From Azolla caroliniana (Eukaryota; Plantae; Polypodiophyta): a stretch of 64,000 nt of DNA. The stretch is from NCBI GenBank assembly GCA_043228905.1, contig JBHGNT010000015.1, positions 12,834,001-12,898,000 of the forward strand, in the 5' to 3' direction. Position numbers and translations under genes: made by a program. Positions within the stretch are counted from its first letter, which is position 1, and each line of letters starts with the position of its first letter. Shown here in pieces: positions 25,443-38,734 of the stretch. The notes below the pieces were generated by a model. That model did no database searches. It was not told the origin of the DNA and was given only the letters and a program-made list of their open reading frames with translations.

Positions 25443-25496
25443 AAATTTGAACCAAGCACCTCTAACAAAAAGCTAATGCAACTATCCACTAACCCA
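25443..25496 (-). promoter_or_regulatory. tRNA-like Pol III A-box/B-box in the 5' LTR of gypsy B
   Basis: - strand: TGGGTTAGTGG, 32 nt, GGTTCAAATTT. Confidence 0.6.
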
Positions 25497-26639
25497 TTAA
25501 CACTCTCTTACATAATATATTATTCTACATCTACAAATTCATAGCCTGTCTCCCCTCTACTTTTTATCTCTCCTCTCTCTTACTTTTTACACGAGCTTCT
25601 ATACCCCCTTTCCACCCTTTCTTTTCCCTTTTCTTTTGCATGTGCAGAATTAATTGCCTTTGTGTGCACACACATTGCACATACACATTTTGACCCCCCC
25701 CTTTTGCTGATTTTTCCCATTCTCGAGCTCACCACATCACGACAACGGCGATCAAGGCTCAAATCTGTCCCGATCCCTTTGCTCGAGGTGGTCGAGTGGA
25801 TTGGTACCCTTCTTTCTCTCTCTTTTTCTTTTCTTTAATATCTATCATTTATTTTATTATGTCTTGCTTACATTAAAGATAATCTCTAACATTATATCCA
25901 TTACACTCAAAATAAGAGTAATGGTGAATAATCAATTGTCATGAGTATGTATTGTAATTGGTACATCCTAGTTTGACTTGGTACCGAGCTTAGTGCACAA
26001 CTAATGAAATTAAGCACCAAATTAAGTATGTGGAGTACAATGATATTAATGTGTGTATAATGGAGGGGTTAATATGTTTATCATTATTGAGGAGATGATA
26101 CAAGGGCTTCTTTTCGTTAGGTACACATGACATTAGGTGTGTTAGAATATGCATTTCAAAGTTGTGTTTACGTAAGCACGAGAATATGGGTGAAGCCCCA
26201 TAAAAAACAGAATGGTTGCCTTTCTATATCGGGCCAAGGAAAGTAAAAAAGTTGGTATAAATATATCATTTTATAGATGCCAACACAAGCATATAAGTAC
26301 CAATAAAGATATATAAAGACATCATTTATAGATACTAACACACGCACATTTACATATGCTCCTACATATCTAGATTATTGCATACGTTATAGATGCCAAC
26401 TTTGGCCCATATTCATATATATATATCTTACGAGTGTGTGTTATATATTTTGGTTGACCACAATGTAATATGAAATATAATTTATAAATACATGTTTGTT
26501 GGGAACCACTTAAACTATTTTTCCTCGTGTTAAAACATTTGGACTATTGGAGTTAGAGCCTTGAGAGCAATGACAATGCTTGATGTTTTTCTACAATTCA
26601 TTCTTCGTGAAGTATCATAGGCATATCATGGATTTGGAA

Positions 26640-27600
26640 AGTCTTACATAATTGCTATCTATACTTTACAAAAGTCCTCCTTTGGTGGGACTTAAAACTA
26701 TAATAAAAATTTGAGTCACATTCCCCGTGAATTCTTCACTCTTTCAATGCATCGATTCATTTCGAAGAACTTGGCCTTGTATAAAAAAAATCAATTGACT
26801 TTCATTAGTTCTCTATTATATAATTCTAATTGTCTTTTCAAGCCTCAAATGTCAAATTCTTGTAGAAAATGCCTTCAAACTGCTCAAAATCTCTTGTCTT
26901 GGAAAACTATTGCACGGATAGGAAATTTGGGCGACAATAGCTCTAACAAAAGGTCATGCTTGTGAAGACTCTCACAATAATGATAAATCATGCATTGAAC
27001 ACAATAATGTGCCACTTGAAAGAGTAGAACGCTTCAAAGTCCTTGCAGTTGATGTCACTCCAATCACGTATGGAACAAGTGTGCGTGCTACGGAAGTCAG
27101 AGCGATGACTTGTTGTGCATGTGATAACACATGCAAAGGAGAAATCAAACGTTGGGTTCTCAAGAAACACTTTTTGGCATGTTTGTGATGTCGATGCCTC
27201 TATGGCCTGCAATATGTGCGGGATGTTGGCATCTCAAAGTCGACTTGAAAAGAGTTTTAAAACACTTGAAAGCCTTGTCTCATGAACTTACTTCGAGTCA
27301 AGTGATGATGTTATAGATGCTCCTACGCCTTGTGACTAGACCCTTTTCTATTGATAACATGAGAAGCAAGTAAAAAGTTTAAAAGGCTCTTAAAAACAAA
27401 TTGTTGAGTTTAAAACAAATACAAGATATGGAAAACTAGTTTGGAAGATGGAGCTCAATAGATTACTCAATGAATGAAGTAAATGTGCACAATTAATGAA
27501 TCATGACTTGGTAGAGGTGAGGAGCTCTTGCACTCTCGATGATGCCATTGTATATGTTAACTCCTAAAGTACAAAACTAACTTCTCCAAACATGTTGATC
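26640..27600 (-). pseudogene. Possible highly decayed retroelement integrase relic
   Basis: A - frame gives H..IAGHRGIDIT, resembling the integrase zinc-finger motif, amid many stops. Boundaries are approximate. Confidence 0.3.
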
Positions 27601-28460
27601 ACACTCATACATGCTAGAACCAAACCCTTTCTCTATCACGAGCACGATTGCTTACGTAAGCCTCAACGTACATTCTCTTTGTTGCGAGCTAAGGTGTAGG
27701 AGCACTGTGGGGGAGACTCAGCGCTTTCTTTCGGCATCGAATTGGCGCGCGGTGTATCAATTCAGTGTGGAGCGGGTGACTTTCGACTGGAGTAAGATTG
27801 GATTCAATTTGTGCATTGATTTAAGTGTGGGATGGCTAGACAGTCTTCGCATGTGTGTGTGTGTGTATCAATGTAGTGTGGAATCTGGATGGGTGTCTCT
27901 CGACTGGGGGTAAGTATCACATAGTGCTCGTACGGTTTCTTCGCAGTTCAAGCGCATTCAAAATTGTAATCCCCATACATGTTTCTTTGTTAAACGTTGT
28001 TGGCCGACATAAAAAGAGGCCAATTGTTTCCTGGTGTGGGTAGAGAGAGATTGCGAGATGGGCAAATTGGCGCCCTTTCTGGCGTCGCCGTTCCCTTCAC
28101 CATTCGCATCACCGGCCTCTAGCGAGGTCTACCAATCGGCCTCCTCTCAATCCGGGAAGAATTGGTCAAGATATTGGGGGGGGGGGGGAGGGGTCAGTCA
28201 AGGGCCGAGTGTCCATGTCTATGTTTACTTTTTCTTTTGTGGGAAATGAAATGGTCAAGGGGGTCAAGCGTCACTTCACGCACTCATTTGACGGAGCTCC
28301 GTCAGTCAGACGTCCATCCCCTGCTCCCGTCAGTCAGCTTGGACGGCGACTGCCTCCTTTCTCCCTCATTCATAGCACTTTCTCTCGATTCTCTGGATCC
28401 TGCAAATTCCCATCATGAATCCCTATTGAATCGATGCTCAAGCTCTCGCACCCTCCCTGT

Positions 28461-28553
28461 TAGGGTTTCCATCGCACAGCTCTTACCCTCCTCCCTTCAG
28501 GGTCTTTGTCAGGCTGTTGGATTCTCACAAGATCCTCTGTTTTGTTAGGGTTT
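28461..28553 (+). promoter_or_regulatory. Telo-box motifs upstream of EXO70
   Basis: TAGGGTTT (AAACCCTA reverse complement) at 28461-28468 and 28546-28553. Confidence 0.55.
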
Positions 28554-28791
28554 ACACAGACCCGCACTCAGAGAGAGACAGAGAAACCACAGACTGCCTT
28601 GCTCTGCTAGGGTTAGGGCGTTTTTTTTATTCTCACAAGACCCTCTTTTAGGGTATCATTTGAGGTTTCTTGTAGACAGAAAAGCGCCAACATCGTTCGT
28701 TGCCAAAAGGTCTTCTTGTTGCCACAACTTCTGCCCGCCCATTCGAGTCTGTGGACTTTGGTGGCGTTTTTCTTATGCTTGATTTTTCCTA

Positions 28792-30954
28792 ATGGCGGAT
28801 CCGAAGGGAGAAGATCGAGTGGCAGCCACCGCTAACCATATTCTGCGAACCCTTAGCTCCTCTCAGGCCGACGATATGATGAGGATCCTCTCCACCTTTG
28901 ACGATAGATTCTCTAGATTCAGCATGAGTTCCATTCCTTCATCCACGGATTCTCAGGACCAAAACCTTCAGTGCCCTGACGAAGGAAAAGGAAAAGATTC
29001 CAAGATTATTGAGAAGACTCCATTGCCCTCCGCCCTGAAATCGGCTGAAGAGATAATCATGAAGTGGGATTTGAACTCCGATCAATCTCCTTCTTCACAA
29101 CAACCAACAACATTTCTATGGTCCGAGAATCGAGAAGAAGCTCGCCGATACCTTGATGCAGTGGATAAATTACATACTTTCATTGAATCTATGGCAAATT
29201 CAGAATCACTTTCCTCTTCTTCGACATTGCCATCAGAGGTTGCCACAGCTTATAATGCTTTACAACTTGCAATGTTAAGGCTAGAAGCAGAATTTTGTCA
29301 TATTCTTAGGCAGAATCGTGAGCCTGCAGATCCTGAAAGTTTGTTTGACCTTGTCTCTGGACGATCTTCGTTTGATGCTGCCTTTAGCTTCAGCTTCTCG
29401 AGCAACAATAGCAGCCGAAGGATAGAGGAAGAGCAAGAGACCGATGCTAAATATAATGCTAAGTATAATGTTGATGGTCATGATGATGACGATTATGATG
29501 ATAATGATGATGATAATGAAGGTAAAAAAGGAAGGGAGAGAGAATTTGATGATGAAGGAGAAGAAGAAGAAGAAACGGCCAAATCAAGGGGCCTTGCCGA
29601 CATGACTCTCGACCTCTTGCCTTCGGCTGCAGTATCTGATCTCTTCGAAATCGCATCGAGAATGTTGCAATCAGGTTATGAATCTGAATGTGTCCATGCT
29701 TATATTGGTATCAGAAAGTGTGTTCTCGAAGATAGCCTTGGCCATGAGAAGTTCTCCTTTGAAGAGGTGCAAAAGATGCCATGGGAACATCTAGAGAATG
29801 AGATTAACAAGTGGGTCCGCACCATGAAAGTAGCCATCCGTTGCCTCTTCCCCTCCGAGAAGCAACTTGCTGAACGTATCTTTGCTTTCCGAGTGTCTGT
29901 TTCAGATCAATGCTTCACGGATGTGGCAAAGCCAATCCTTATCCAACTCTTCAACTTTGGAGAAGCCATTGCCATCAGCCGACGATCATCAGAAAAGCTC
30001 TTCAAAATACTCAATATGTATGAATGCCTTAATGAATCGATCTCCCCGATCGAGACCATGTTTGTGGGGGAGCCCTCAGAGACTCTAAGGCACGATGCTT
30101 TGGCCATTTTGAATAGGCTCGGGGATGCAGCATGGGGTACTTTTGTAGAGTTTGAGAATGCAATTCAACATGAGACCTCAAAGAATGCTATGCCATTTGG
30201 TAACATCCACCCTCTCACTCGCTATGTGATGAATTACCTGGCATTGCTTTCCGAATACTCTGATACTATGAACCAATTGCTCCCAGATAGGGTTGGAAAT
30301 TCAAGCAGCAATCAAGATGATCCTGATCGAGGTCCACTGTCAGATATAATGTTGAGCTTGGTGGAGAATTTAGACCGAAACCTCGACGCTAAGTCAAAGC
30401 TCTATAAGGACCCTGCTCTTGCTAGTTTGTTCTTGATGAACAACGTCCATTACATAAGCCAGAAGGTAAAAAGCTCAGAACTCGTCCGGAAGTTTCTTGG
30501 CGATGAGTGGATAAGGAGGAACAATGGGAAGTTGAGGCAATATCACAACAACTATAGGAGGACGGCATGGACTAAGGTATTGAGCTATTTGAAAGATGAA
30601 GGGATCAACATTAGTGGGGGCACGGCTAATGGTGCTACAAGGAATGTGATCAAGGAGAAATTCAAAAGCTTCAATGCGGCATTTGAGGAGAATATAAGGA
30701 CTCAGTCCAATTGGGCTGTTCCGGACCCGCAGCTTTGTACCGAGCTTCGGATATCGGTAACCGAAATGCTTCTTCCAGCTTATCGATCTTTTCTTGGGCG
30801 GTTTCAAATCCACTTGGATGCGGTTAGACATCCAGAAAGGTACGTGAAATATAGTCCGGAAGATGTCGAGACTTACTTGAATGAATTGTTCGAAGGAACT
30901 TCAGGATCTTTGAACAGAAGGAAATCATTCCCTGTTGCTGGTAACACTATGTAG
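28792..30954 (+). CDS. EXO70: Exocyst subunit EXO70, F-like (Exo70.2 clade), intronless, 720 aa
   Basis: Intact ORF. N-term EDRVAATANHILRTL..DDMMRILSTFDDRFS is EXO70F-like. Exo70 motifs AMLRLEAEF, SEKLFKILNMYE, GNIHPLTRYVMNYL, LFLMNNVHYI, FKSFNAAFEE..W.VPDPQL..LLPAYRSFLGRF, YVKYSPED. Confidence 0.95.
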   Translation: MADPKGEDRVAATANHILRTLSSSQADDMMRILSTFDDRFSRFSMSSIPSSTDSQDQNLQCPDEGKGKDSKIIEKTPLPSALKSAEEIIMKWDLNSDQSPSSQQPTTFLWSENREEARRYLDAVDKLHTFIESMANSESLSSSSTLPSEVATAYNALQLAMLRLEAEFCHILRQNREPADPESLFDLVSGRSSFDAAFSFSFSSNNSSRRIEEEQETDAKYNAKYNVDGHDDDDYDDNDDDNEGKKGREREFDDEGEEEEETAKSRGLADMTLDLLPSAAVSDLFEIASRMLQSGYESECVHAYIGIRKCVLEDSLGHEKFSFEEVQKMPWEHLENEINKWVRTMKVAIRCLFPSEKQLAERIFAFRVSVSDQCFTDVAKPILIQLFNFGEAIAISRRSSEKLFKILNMYECLNESISPIETMFVGEPSETLRHDALAILNRLGDAAWGTFVEFENAIQHETSKNAMPFGNIHPLTRYVMNYLALLSEYSDTMNQLLPDRVGNSSSNQDDPDRGPLSDIMLSLVENLDRNLDAKSKLYKDPALASLFLMNNVHYISQKVKSSELVRKFLGDEWIRRNNGKLRQYHNNYRRTAWTKVLSYLKDEGINISGGTANGATRNVIKEKFKSFNAAFEENIRTQSNWAVPDPQLCTELRISVTEMLLPAYRSFLGRFQIHLDAVRHPERYVKYSPEDVETYLNELFEGTSGSLNRRKSFPVAGNTM

Positions 30955-33900
30955 AAGGTGATAGATTTCAAGGGAATTTATTGGCAGCCGATAGGGATTC
31001 AATACATTGTATATCTTCCATTCAGGGTTAAGTAAATGCCTACAAATGAATACTTGTAAGTTTGAGAATATTCTTCAATTTAATTCCTTTCATTGACAGC
31101 GAAATCTCTGTTGCTTTTGGTTTAAACATGGTATGAATCATCTTTAGCATTAGTGAGATGTAATTGAACCCTGGTCTACGGAAGCTTCACTACCTTTCAA
31201 ACACTTTGGGACATTAGGACAATTTTCTAAGTCTTTGCTTGGGCCTTGAGTTCCTTTCTCAAGAAACTTGGTATTTGAGCTAGTGTTGATCGGATACAAT
31301 AATCCCTTGTTTCAGTACAAATCTTGATTGGAATTTTGACACTCTTATGTGAACTAGGCAATAGTAACGTGAGGGAACAATATGAACGAGTGTGGCTCTG
31401 ATTGGATCCCATCACTTGGTATGCATGGAACTAGGTCTTGACGGAAGGGCATCATAATGTATTCAGAACAACAATATAGTTGCTTATAGTTTATTAAATA
31501 GAATTCTCAATGCTTGGTTTTATGGTTTAGGGGTACACCCAATCATAAACTATATACAATTTTTAGGTGTTTAATAGCCCAACTCTATAATAAATTATAA
31601 TCATTTTCCAATTGTCTCTTCTCTTAGTTGCAGCATCCATAACAATGATTCGAACTCAGAACATAGGAGTTGCAATGCTCAAATAGTAGAAGCAGCTAGA
31701 AGCACAAATTACAAGCTGCAGTCCTTAAAAGATGTATATACAAGACAATTATGTTCAACCTGAATTTTTAGCACGTCCCAATGTAGGGATGCCACGAAAT
31801 CATCTTGTGAAGACAATTAAGTGTTTTAAATATATTTCAATACGTCTACCATGAATGGGATGAAATCACCTTGTGAATGTAAAGTATCTTCACGATGCGT
31901 CAAGAAGTAAATTATTAAGAGTATGTTCAAGTAGGAACTTTAAAGAAATATTACCATATCTGTTGGATTTCCAAGCCTGCTGAATAATGTGGATTATAAA
32001 TCCAAGTTTATGGAATCGAACATAAGATCACCAGTAATGCTGAATCATTGCACTTGGAAAATTAATTAAACGGGCATCACAATCAAACCCAAATTATGAT
32101 TACTTTCTCACTTCTGAGAAGTGCACAAACCCAATAGCTCATGCTTTTGTTAGTATTATAATTGACAACCATTAGAATCCCTTGTTTTTGCTACTACAAT
32201 TTATACATGAATTTATTTTGTCATATGAAGTATCCTTCAAAACAAACCATGTGGTAAGAAGGAAATGTACATCTGAAGAAAACATTAGCTCCATGTCTAC
32301 TATCATGATCCTAGTACAAGAAATTAATAGTACGTAAACAATTTTCAATACTGAATCAATTAAATCCTGAATCAATCGCCATAAATGATGTTCATTTTTG
32401 GACCTTATGGCTGTACACATACAAAGCTTCGCCCAGGTTACATTTCCATTCTATTCAAGCAAATAGTATCACAATATCACTAAAATATTCCTCTATTCCT
32501 CAAATATTAATGTCATTCCATATCAGTGAGGCCATTTAGATAAAAACCCAGCAAACATCACAATAGAAGAGAAGTTATTATCTATCCCTTAATCATGTTT
32601 GTTTTTGGTATAGTTTTGGCAAAGCTGGGTAAGTGTTACCATTAAAAATATCACTCTAATACCTGTTACAAAATCAATTACATGGCCTAATCCTAAAAAT
32701 ACCATAAATATCACTGCAAAAAATTTGAGAACCTCCTAAAATTCAGAGATGATTTAGGTTAATCCTTCCATCACCAAATCCTATTATAGAGATTTAGGTT
32801 TGAATACATATTTCACATTCACTTGGCTTGTAAAACATTTCATCCTTCAAACTAGCATTTAAAATATGTCAACGTGTCTGAAAATTTGCTCAATGATGTT
32901 AATGAGATCTAAATTAATAAATAGAATGATCATGTTAAAACCACCATTTTGTTGTTTTGTCGACTTTAAAACTGCCAACCAACTACCATTTTAAATCATT
33001 GACCATAAGGCTTACGTATTAAACAAGGGTGTTAAATTTCTAACATGTGTGAACACTAATCCGTAATAATGATTGAAAAAGGGAGCATTATACAGCAATC
33101 AGGATTAATTTAATGACATAGCTACTATTGGTAGACCATGAAAACACTGCTACTTCATGCTGATAACTTTCATGCCATAAACAATTTACTTTTAAAACAC
33201 TGTTATTGGTTACGTATGAAAAATGATGTCATTTCATGACGCTATGCAGGGTACTGATAAATTGTGTGATGCGCTATTTGGTTTTAGGAAAATCCAACCA
33301 CCAATAGCTAGACCAGTATATAGTTGGTACAAGCTTCCACAAGCATAAACTTTTAAGTGTAAGATTCTGAATAGATGAAACATGAAAATGAGTACTAGAC
33401 AAAATGTTAACTTATGAGCTTCTGAATGTTATGCTTAGGAGCAAAATCTTCTGCTCAGATTTGTAAACGTCTACAAAAACTCGTACATGTATTGCATGGA
33501 GAACACCAAAGTTAATGAGAATGAAGTTCTAGGGTGCATTACGATAGGCATGTAATCATACGACCTGCCACTTCCAAGTCCTAAATCAAAACTCAGCACA
33601 CAATCTATTTGCATTAACTTTGCAAAATTTCAGTGAGATAAAAAAATGTGAAATATAAGTTCTTGATCAATGCAGTTTTAATGACTCGTTGACATCAAAT
33701 ATCTCAATTTACACGATCAGACCATTTAGCAAAGTTCCTCGAGAGAAAAATCAAACAGATACCAACCTCCTAACTTCCTATGTTGGAATCATACAATAAA
33801 AGACAATGGCTGACTTGGTCTTTCTAGTTGCTGTTGCAGAAAGTAAATCACATAGTAATCATTTCCCTAACCATGATTTCAAGTTTCCAGGGTATACTCA

Positions 33901-33982
33901 GCACTTACATATGGACTAATCATTGTTGTCAACCTTCATGTCCGAGTGAAAAACACATAGTAATACCAGAAACTTTATGGGC

Positions 33983-36900
33983 TCACTCTTCGTTCTCACC
34001 AGTGTCCTCCAAAAGATAATTTGCGGCAAGAAGCTCATTTCTATCACATGCCAAGAAAGCTTCTATAACACGTGCTCTGTCAAATCCCAATGCTTCCAGC
34101 TGGCATTACAAAAAAAATATCAAGATCGAAATGCTATCACGTAAACTTCATGCCGATTTAGCTAGCAAAACTTTCCGATTCAAATTACCCGTGCAATGGC
34201 TTCCCTTTCATCGGGTGTGACATTTATTGCCTGAGGCATTGCTTCTGCCATTTGTCCAAGCACTTCACTGCATTAATCATAGACATACAACAATCAGTCA
34301 TGAATGCAAACATGAATCGATCAATGGAGACCTCAGGTCCTACCCTTCTGCTCCTTCTGCACCAGGTTCATTTATCAGCCTGAGGAACTCTGGCTGGTTG
34401 TCACTGATTAGTCGTAATAATTGAGGGTTTTGTTTGCCAAGTTCTAGCAACATTGGCTGTAAAATATGCACACATTAAGTACCATTAGATGAAAGGAAAC
34501 AACTTGCATTTAATTTGTAGGTAAAAATCCAACCTGTAAGATCTGGGGATTTGCTTGTACCATGCTTCGTATAGCTTGAAACTACATGGAACAAACAATT
34601 AATTACTTAGGAATCAGGGTAGAAGAATCAGGCAAGGAAAATGAAAGAGAAATCTCAAGCATTTCACAAACACGGTTTTCTCTCAAAGACTTACAACTGC
34701 AATTGCTTAATTAATTTAATAAATTACTTTTCAAAAGTTACACCATAAGAAAACAAACATGCCCTGTCTATCTTGCTAAAAATGAAGCTATCATTGTTCT
34801 GAAGGTTCTCCAAAAGAATTGCTAAATCAGAACTACATGAATTATCTAGTCATCTGTAGTATTTCTCAAAGAATGTCTTATTTAGAAGATATACAAGTAG
34901 AAATTGCAAAATTCAACTGGACTCTCCACAAGAAAATCCATCTCTGCTTTAGATTGACCTCTTCTGTAGTAGAAACCTACCTTCAAGGTTATTCTTAAAA
35001 ATATATTGTTTCTATACACGAGACAATATGTAAGTCCAAACTATGCATACATTTGTTTTCCTTGAATAAAGTAAATCCAAGGATTGCTCTAAACCAAAAA
35101 CAATAATTGAGCTTCCCAAGTCCAAAATAGTGTGTGCAAATGAGTAAGCGAGAGGGCACAACAAAAACACCAGTAATCAATATTCAAAAACTCAAAATAT
35201 GGGTCAGGTAGGTTTGAAAAAATACACTAAAATGAATATCATCTACAAGATGGTATAGCATCCCTACACATGTGACAAGTCACCTTCGCCATAAAATAAG
35301 ATTTAATGCCTTCTCCTAAAATAAGATTACTCCAATAAATATTTTCCAAGATATTAATCCTAAATTTCAGCTTTATCTATAAATTTCTGAATTGCATGAA
35401 TCTAGCCCTCATTTTGGTTTGAGCAAATACAATAGTTGTTCTCAATGAAAGAAGGATAGCAGAAAACTTTTACAGCATGACCAAATCATACAAACAATAC
35501 TGGTTATAACTAAATATATCACTTGTAAGCAAAACATATTTGCTAACACAAACAAGCACCAATTACTTGTATGTTCATGTTTATCTTGTAATATACAAGA
35601 ACAGGCTCGCCAATGAGAGTACATTTAGTTTTGTGATATTGTTACTATTTGTCAATGATCAATCAATTGTCTATGTTAACTAAACTTGTGATTAATAGCC
35701 ATTGGACAGAATGCTGCTTTTCAGCTTCATAAAGGATTAGTATGAACAGCATGTAATACAGTGTTCAGCCAAGGTGCAGTTTTTTAAAGGATGCTGTTGG
35801 GAAGACCGAGCCAGCAATTATGTGTTTCTGTAAAGTGAAGGGAGTTTCTTTTCTTCAGCTTCTGGACTAATCAACCTCTTGCTCAAACTATATGCTAACA
35901 AAAAGGGATGATATATCCACATACGACTAGTTATTTAAATGTTACAAAAATGGAAACACAAGAATGTGCTCAACTTTTGCTGACAAGATAGACAAGAAAA
36001 GCAATTTCTGATATGCATTTAGTAGAGATTCTTTTCAACGATATTTTCTTGCAAACCCTACCTGTGGATTATTTCTTAAGAAATCTAATGCACCTGGGGC
36101 AGCTCCACCAAGGCCAGGCATACCCTGGAAAATATATTTAAGAAGTTGAGTTAATGTTAAAAATGATGCAAACTCTAGAGATGGGTTATCCAAAATATAT
36201 GTGAAATACCTGAGGAAAGAGGTTCAGTGGTGCAGCATTAGGTCCAATACCAGCAGAAGGCTGTACAGGTGCTTGTGTTGGCAGCACTGATGGTGGTGCT
36301 GCAGCCACTGGTAGTGCAGCTGCTGCTGCAGCTGCAACTCCTGTCGCAGTCGCAGGTGGTGCAACAGGAGGAGCAACCTCAGGTGCATTTGGTATACCCT
36401 GAACCAATGCAGAAAATTGTAATACACCCTAAACCCTGCTTCTCAAAACCTCTAACATTCAGAACCAAATTGGATAATGTATAGCATGAAAGAATACATT
36501 GTATAAATATTCGACAGCTCTCTCTGGATTATTAAAGGCAGCACGTAACGATCGGATAACTGTTTCTCTATCCCAGCTCCCTCCACCCATGTCCATGATC
36601 CATTCAACTGTTTGCTCGAGGTTTGAACCAGCAACAAGGTTAGATGCAGCCTGACCATAAATATCTGCAGGTCTGAAAGGTTCGCTCATGTTAGCCTTAA
36701 AATTAAGGATGTGACCTTTCTAGATCCATATCAATCTGATGTAATTTATTAGGAATAGTGTATTCAGGTGCATATATACTCACTGTGCAGGTGCCACATT
36801 GGCATTTTCCACTGGAGGTACTCTGCATCAGGAAAACAGATGCATGTATTGTCAGATATTTCAGCCACCCAAAAGGGAATAGCATCCCTACAGACATATA

Positions 36901-38315
36901 TATACATATAAATTGAACTTCATATCTTACGGAGTTGACACAGGAGGCAAGACTGAAGCAGCTGCTGTTGAAAGTGATGCAGGTGATGCAGGTGCAGCTG
37001 GACTAGGAGCAGGTGCAGGAGGTGGAGGTGTTGAAGAAACCTACAAAAAATTAAAATTATTGCAACCAAATATTTCACTTATAGACAGCAACAGCAACAG
37101 TTTCAAACAACTTCAAATCTTCTACAGACTGACCTGTGTCACTGCACTTGCCGAAGGGGCTGCAGAAGGGGCCGGGGCCGCCTTTGTAGGAAAAACGGAA
37201 ATTGCAAAATAAGCATATGAAAAGGCCAAATAAGAATATCTGAATAAATAAAAATTCAGTTTTGCAAATCCTGTCTCATACTATTACCTTTGAAAGCATG
37301 ACAACTAAGAAGCTGTTTTCTACAACACCGTTCTCCTCCATAGTGGTCTCATCCTTGAGCACTTTGCCTTTGTAAATTAGCAGTTGCTGATAGCATGGGA
37401 ATGCATCCTTTCCTTGAGTTTCCTCAATTCTTTGCTTCACAGACAGGACCTGTGCAAAGAAGCAAGAAATTAGTTTTGCATAGGGATACTGTTCCTTGTG
37501 CAAAAATTTCTAGATATGAAATCATTGTTCTAAAAGGAATATAGATTGGATCATCATACTAATGTATCAAATGTATTACAAAACCATAAGTCAATGGGAA
37601 TTGCTTACTGTCATGTTTAAATTGAAATGCAAAAAAAAATCAAACAGTTCAACCATCTTTTCATATTCCAGTCCAGGAAAAAAACTGGTCATTGTTAGCG
37701 GTATATCCATGAAATCAACTTGCTTCCATCTTTATATTGGAATCTGCACTACATGCTCACATGTTCAAACAGATCAAGCTAATACTTCATTCATTTTCCA
37801 GTTCAGGGAGAAGACTAGTCATTATGTGTTGCCAGTTCACAAAGATCAAGCTAGCATTTCATTCATTTCAGATTCAGATATAGGAAAAGACTACTCCTTC
37901 GGGAGAAGCGAGATTAATGCATCCTCCTTTCAAATTTCAAATTTTCACAACTTCATCCAATACACATTATCCAAGAAACGTCTAATTGTCGCAAAAGGGA
38001 TGCCAAATGAATGATCACGGTGTTATTAAATACATCAGGTGCGGACTCATCCATGACTACATGGGAAACTCACTTTGCACTCTACGTTACCACTTCGAGC
38101 AGATCGAGCTGCGGTTTCATAAACCCTAACCCTACTGAACAAACTTGATCAAAGGATAGAAGGCAGCATTTGAACACGAATACAGAGGTATAGTGCAGCC
38201 CAAAATTCCCCAAGGCGGGGGGTGGGGGGAGCAAGAAGGAGCTACTTACTGTGTCAGTGTTCGAAGCATCGATGTCGAAGTGGTTTCCTTTCAGGGTTTT
38301 GACAGAGATCTTCAT
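33983..38315 (-). CDS. RAD23: Ubiquitin receptor RAD23 (UBL-UBA1-XPC-binding/STI1-UBA2), 12 exons, 402 aa
   Basis: Exons (-): 38315-38250, 37449-37288, 37181-37134, 37040-36931, 36822-36784, 36672-36498, 36398-36210, 36124-36062, 34581-34534, 34456-34344, 34267-34189, 34099-33983. All introns GT-AG with consistent phases; total 1209 nt. Motifs [109 protein letters not shown]. Confidence 0.95.
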
Positions 38316-38618
38316 GGCTGAGAGACACAGAGACTGATCCTTCTTTCTCTCTCTCACGCACACGCACGCACGCGCTGCCTGTCTGAATCTGTCTGTCTGA
38401 ATCTGTCTCGTTGTCGTGGAGACGAGGAAGAGGAATGGAGAAGGCAGAGAAAAATGAAAAAAGGGGAAGGGAAAGAAGTGTGGGTAAATCTGCAGTCCGT
38501 CTAATCTGACGGCGCCTGACGGGGAGGGAGGGGGGCTTCTCCCTCACAAGAAGGTAGGGAGGCCCGTCCGTCTCATCTGACGGCCCCTGACGGGATGCCA
38601 AACCTCGCACCACCTCCT

Positions 38619-38648
38619 CATGGTCATGGTCATGGTCATGGTCATGGT
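38619..38648. repeat. (CATGGT)5 hexamer microsatellite upstream of RAD23
   Basis: Five perfect units read directly. Confidence 0.9.
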
Positions 38649-38734
38649 CCATTCCCATCCGCCGATGTTTAATTTAAATGGTGGCAAGAAAATATTTGGG
38701 ATGGGGGCAATCGGCATCTCCTGATCATCAATGT

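Larger units (their letters stand above)
11819..25744 (-). mobile_element. Gypsy element B (Trp-type PBS, no chromodomain), interrupted by element C
   Basis: 5' LTR 23863-25744 (TGTCACGA...CATCACGACA on +). Truncated 3' LTR 11819-12512 matches about 25055-25744. PPT GGTTTGGTGGGGGTGGA next to 12513. PBS 23840-23857. Gag about 22090-23844. RT (DLYLGYDQF, TLPQGGTNS, PFLDD) at 21341-22070, continuing 14818 down to IN (WMVDLV, ADRGE, NGKIER, FGPY) ending near 12670. Confidence 0.9.

Noticed and set aside
31649-31710. B-box-like GAGTTCGAATC on - strand between EXO70 and RAD23
   Set aside because: No A-box at the expected distance; likely chance.
37562-38014. 150-aa + strand ORF
   Set aside because: Antisense within RAD23 intron 1 with no recognisable domain.
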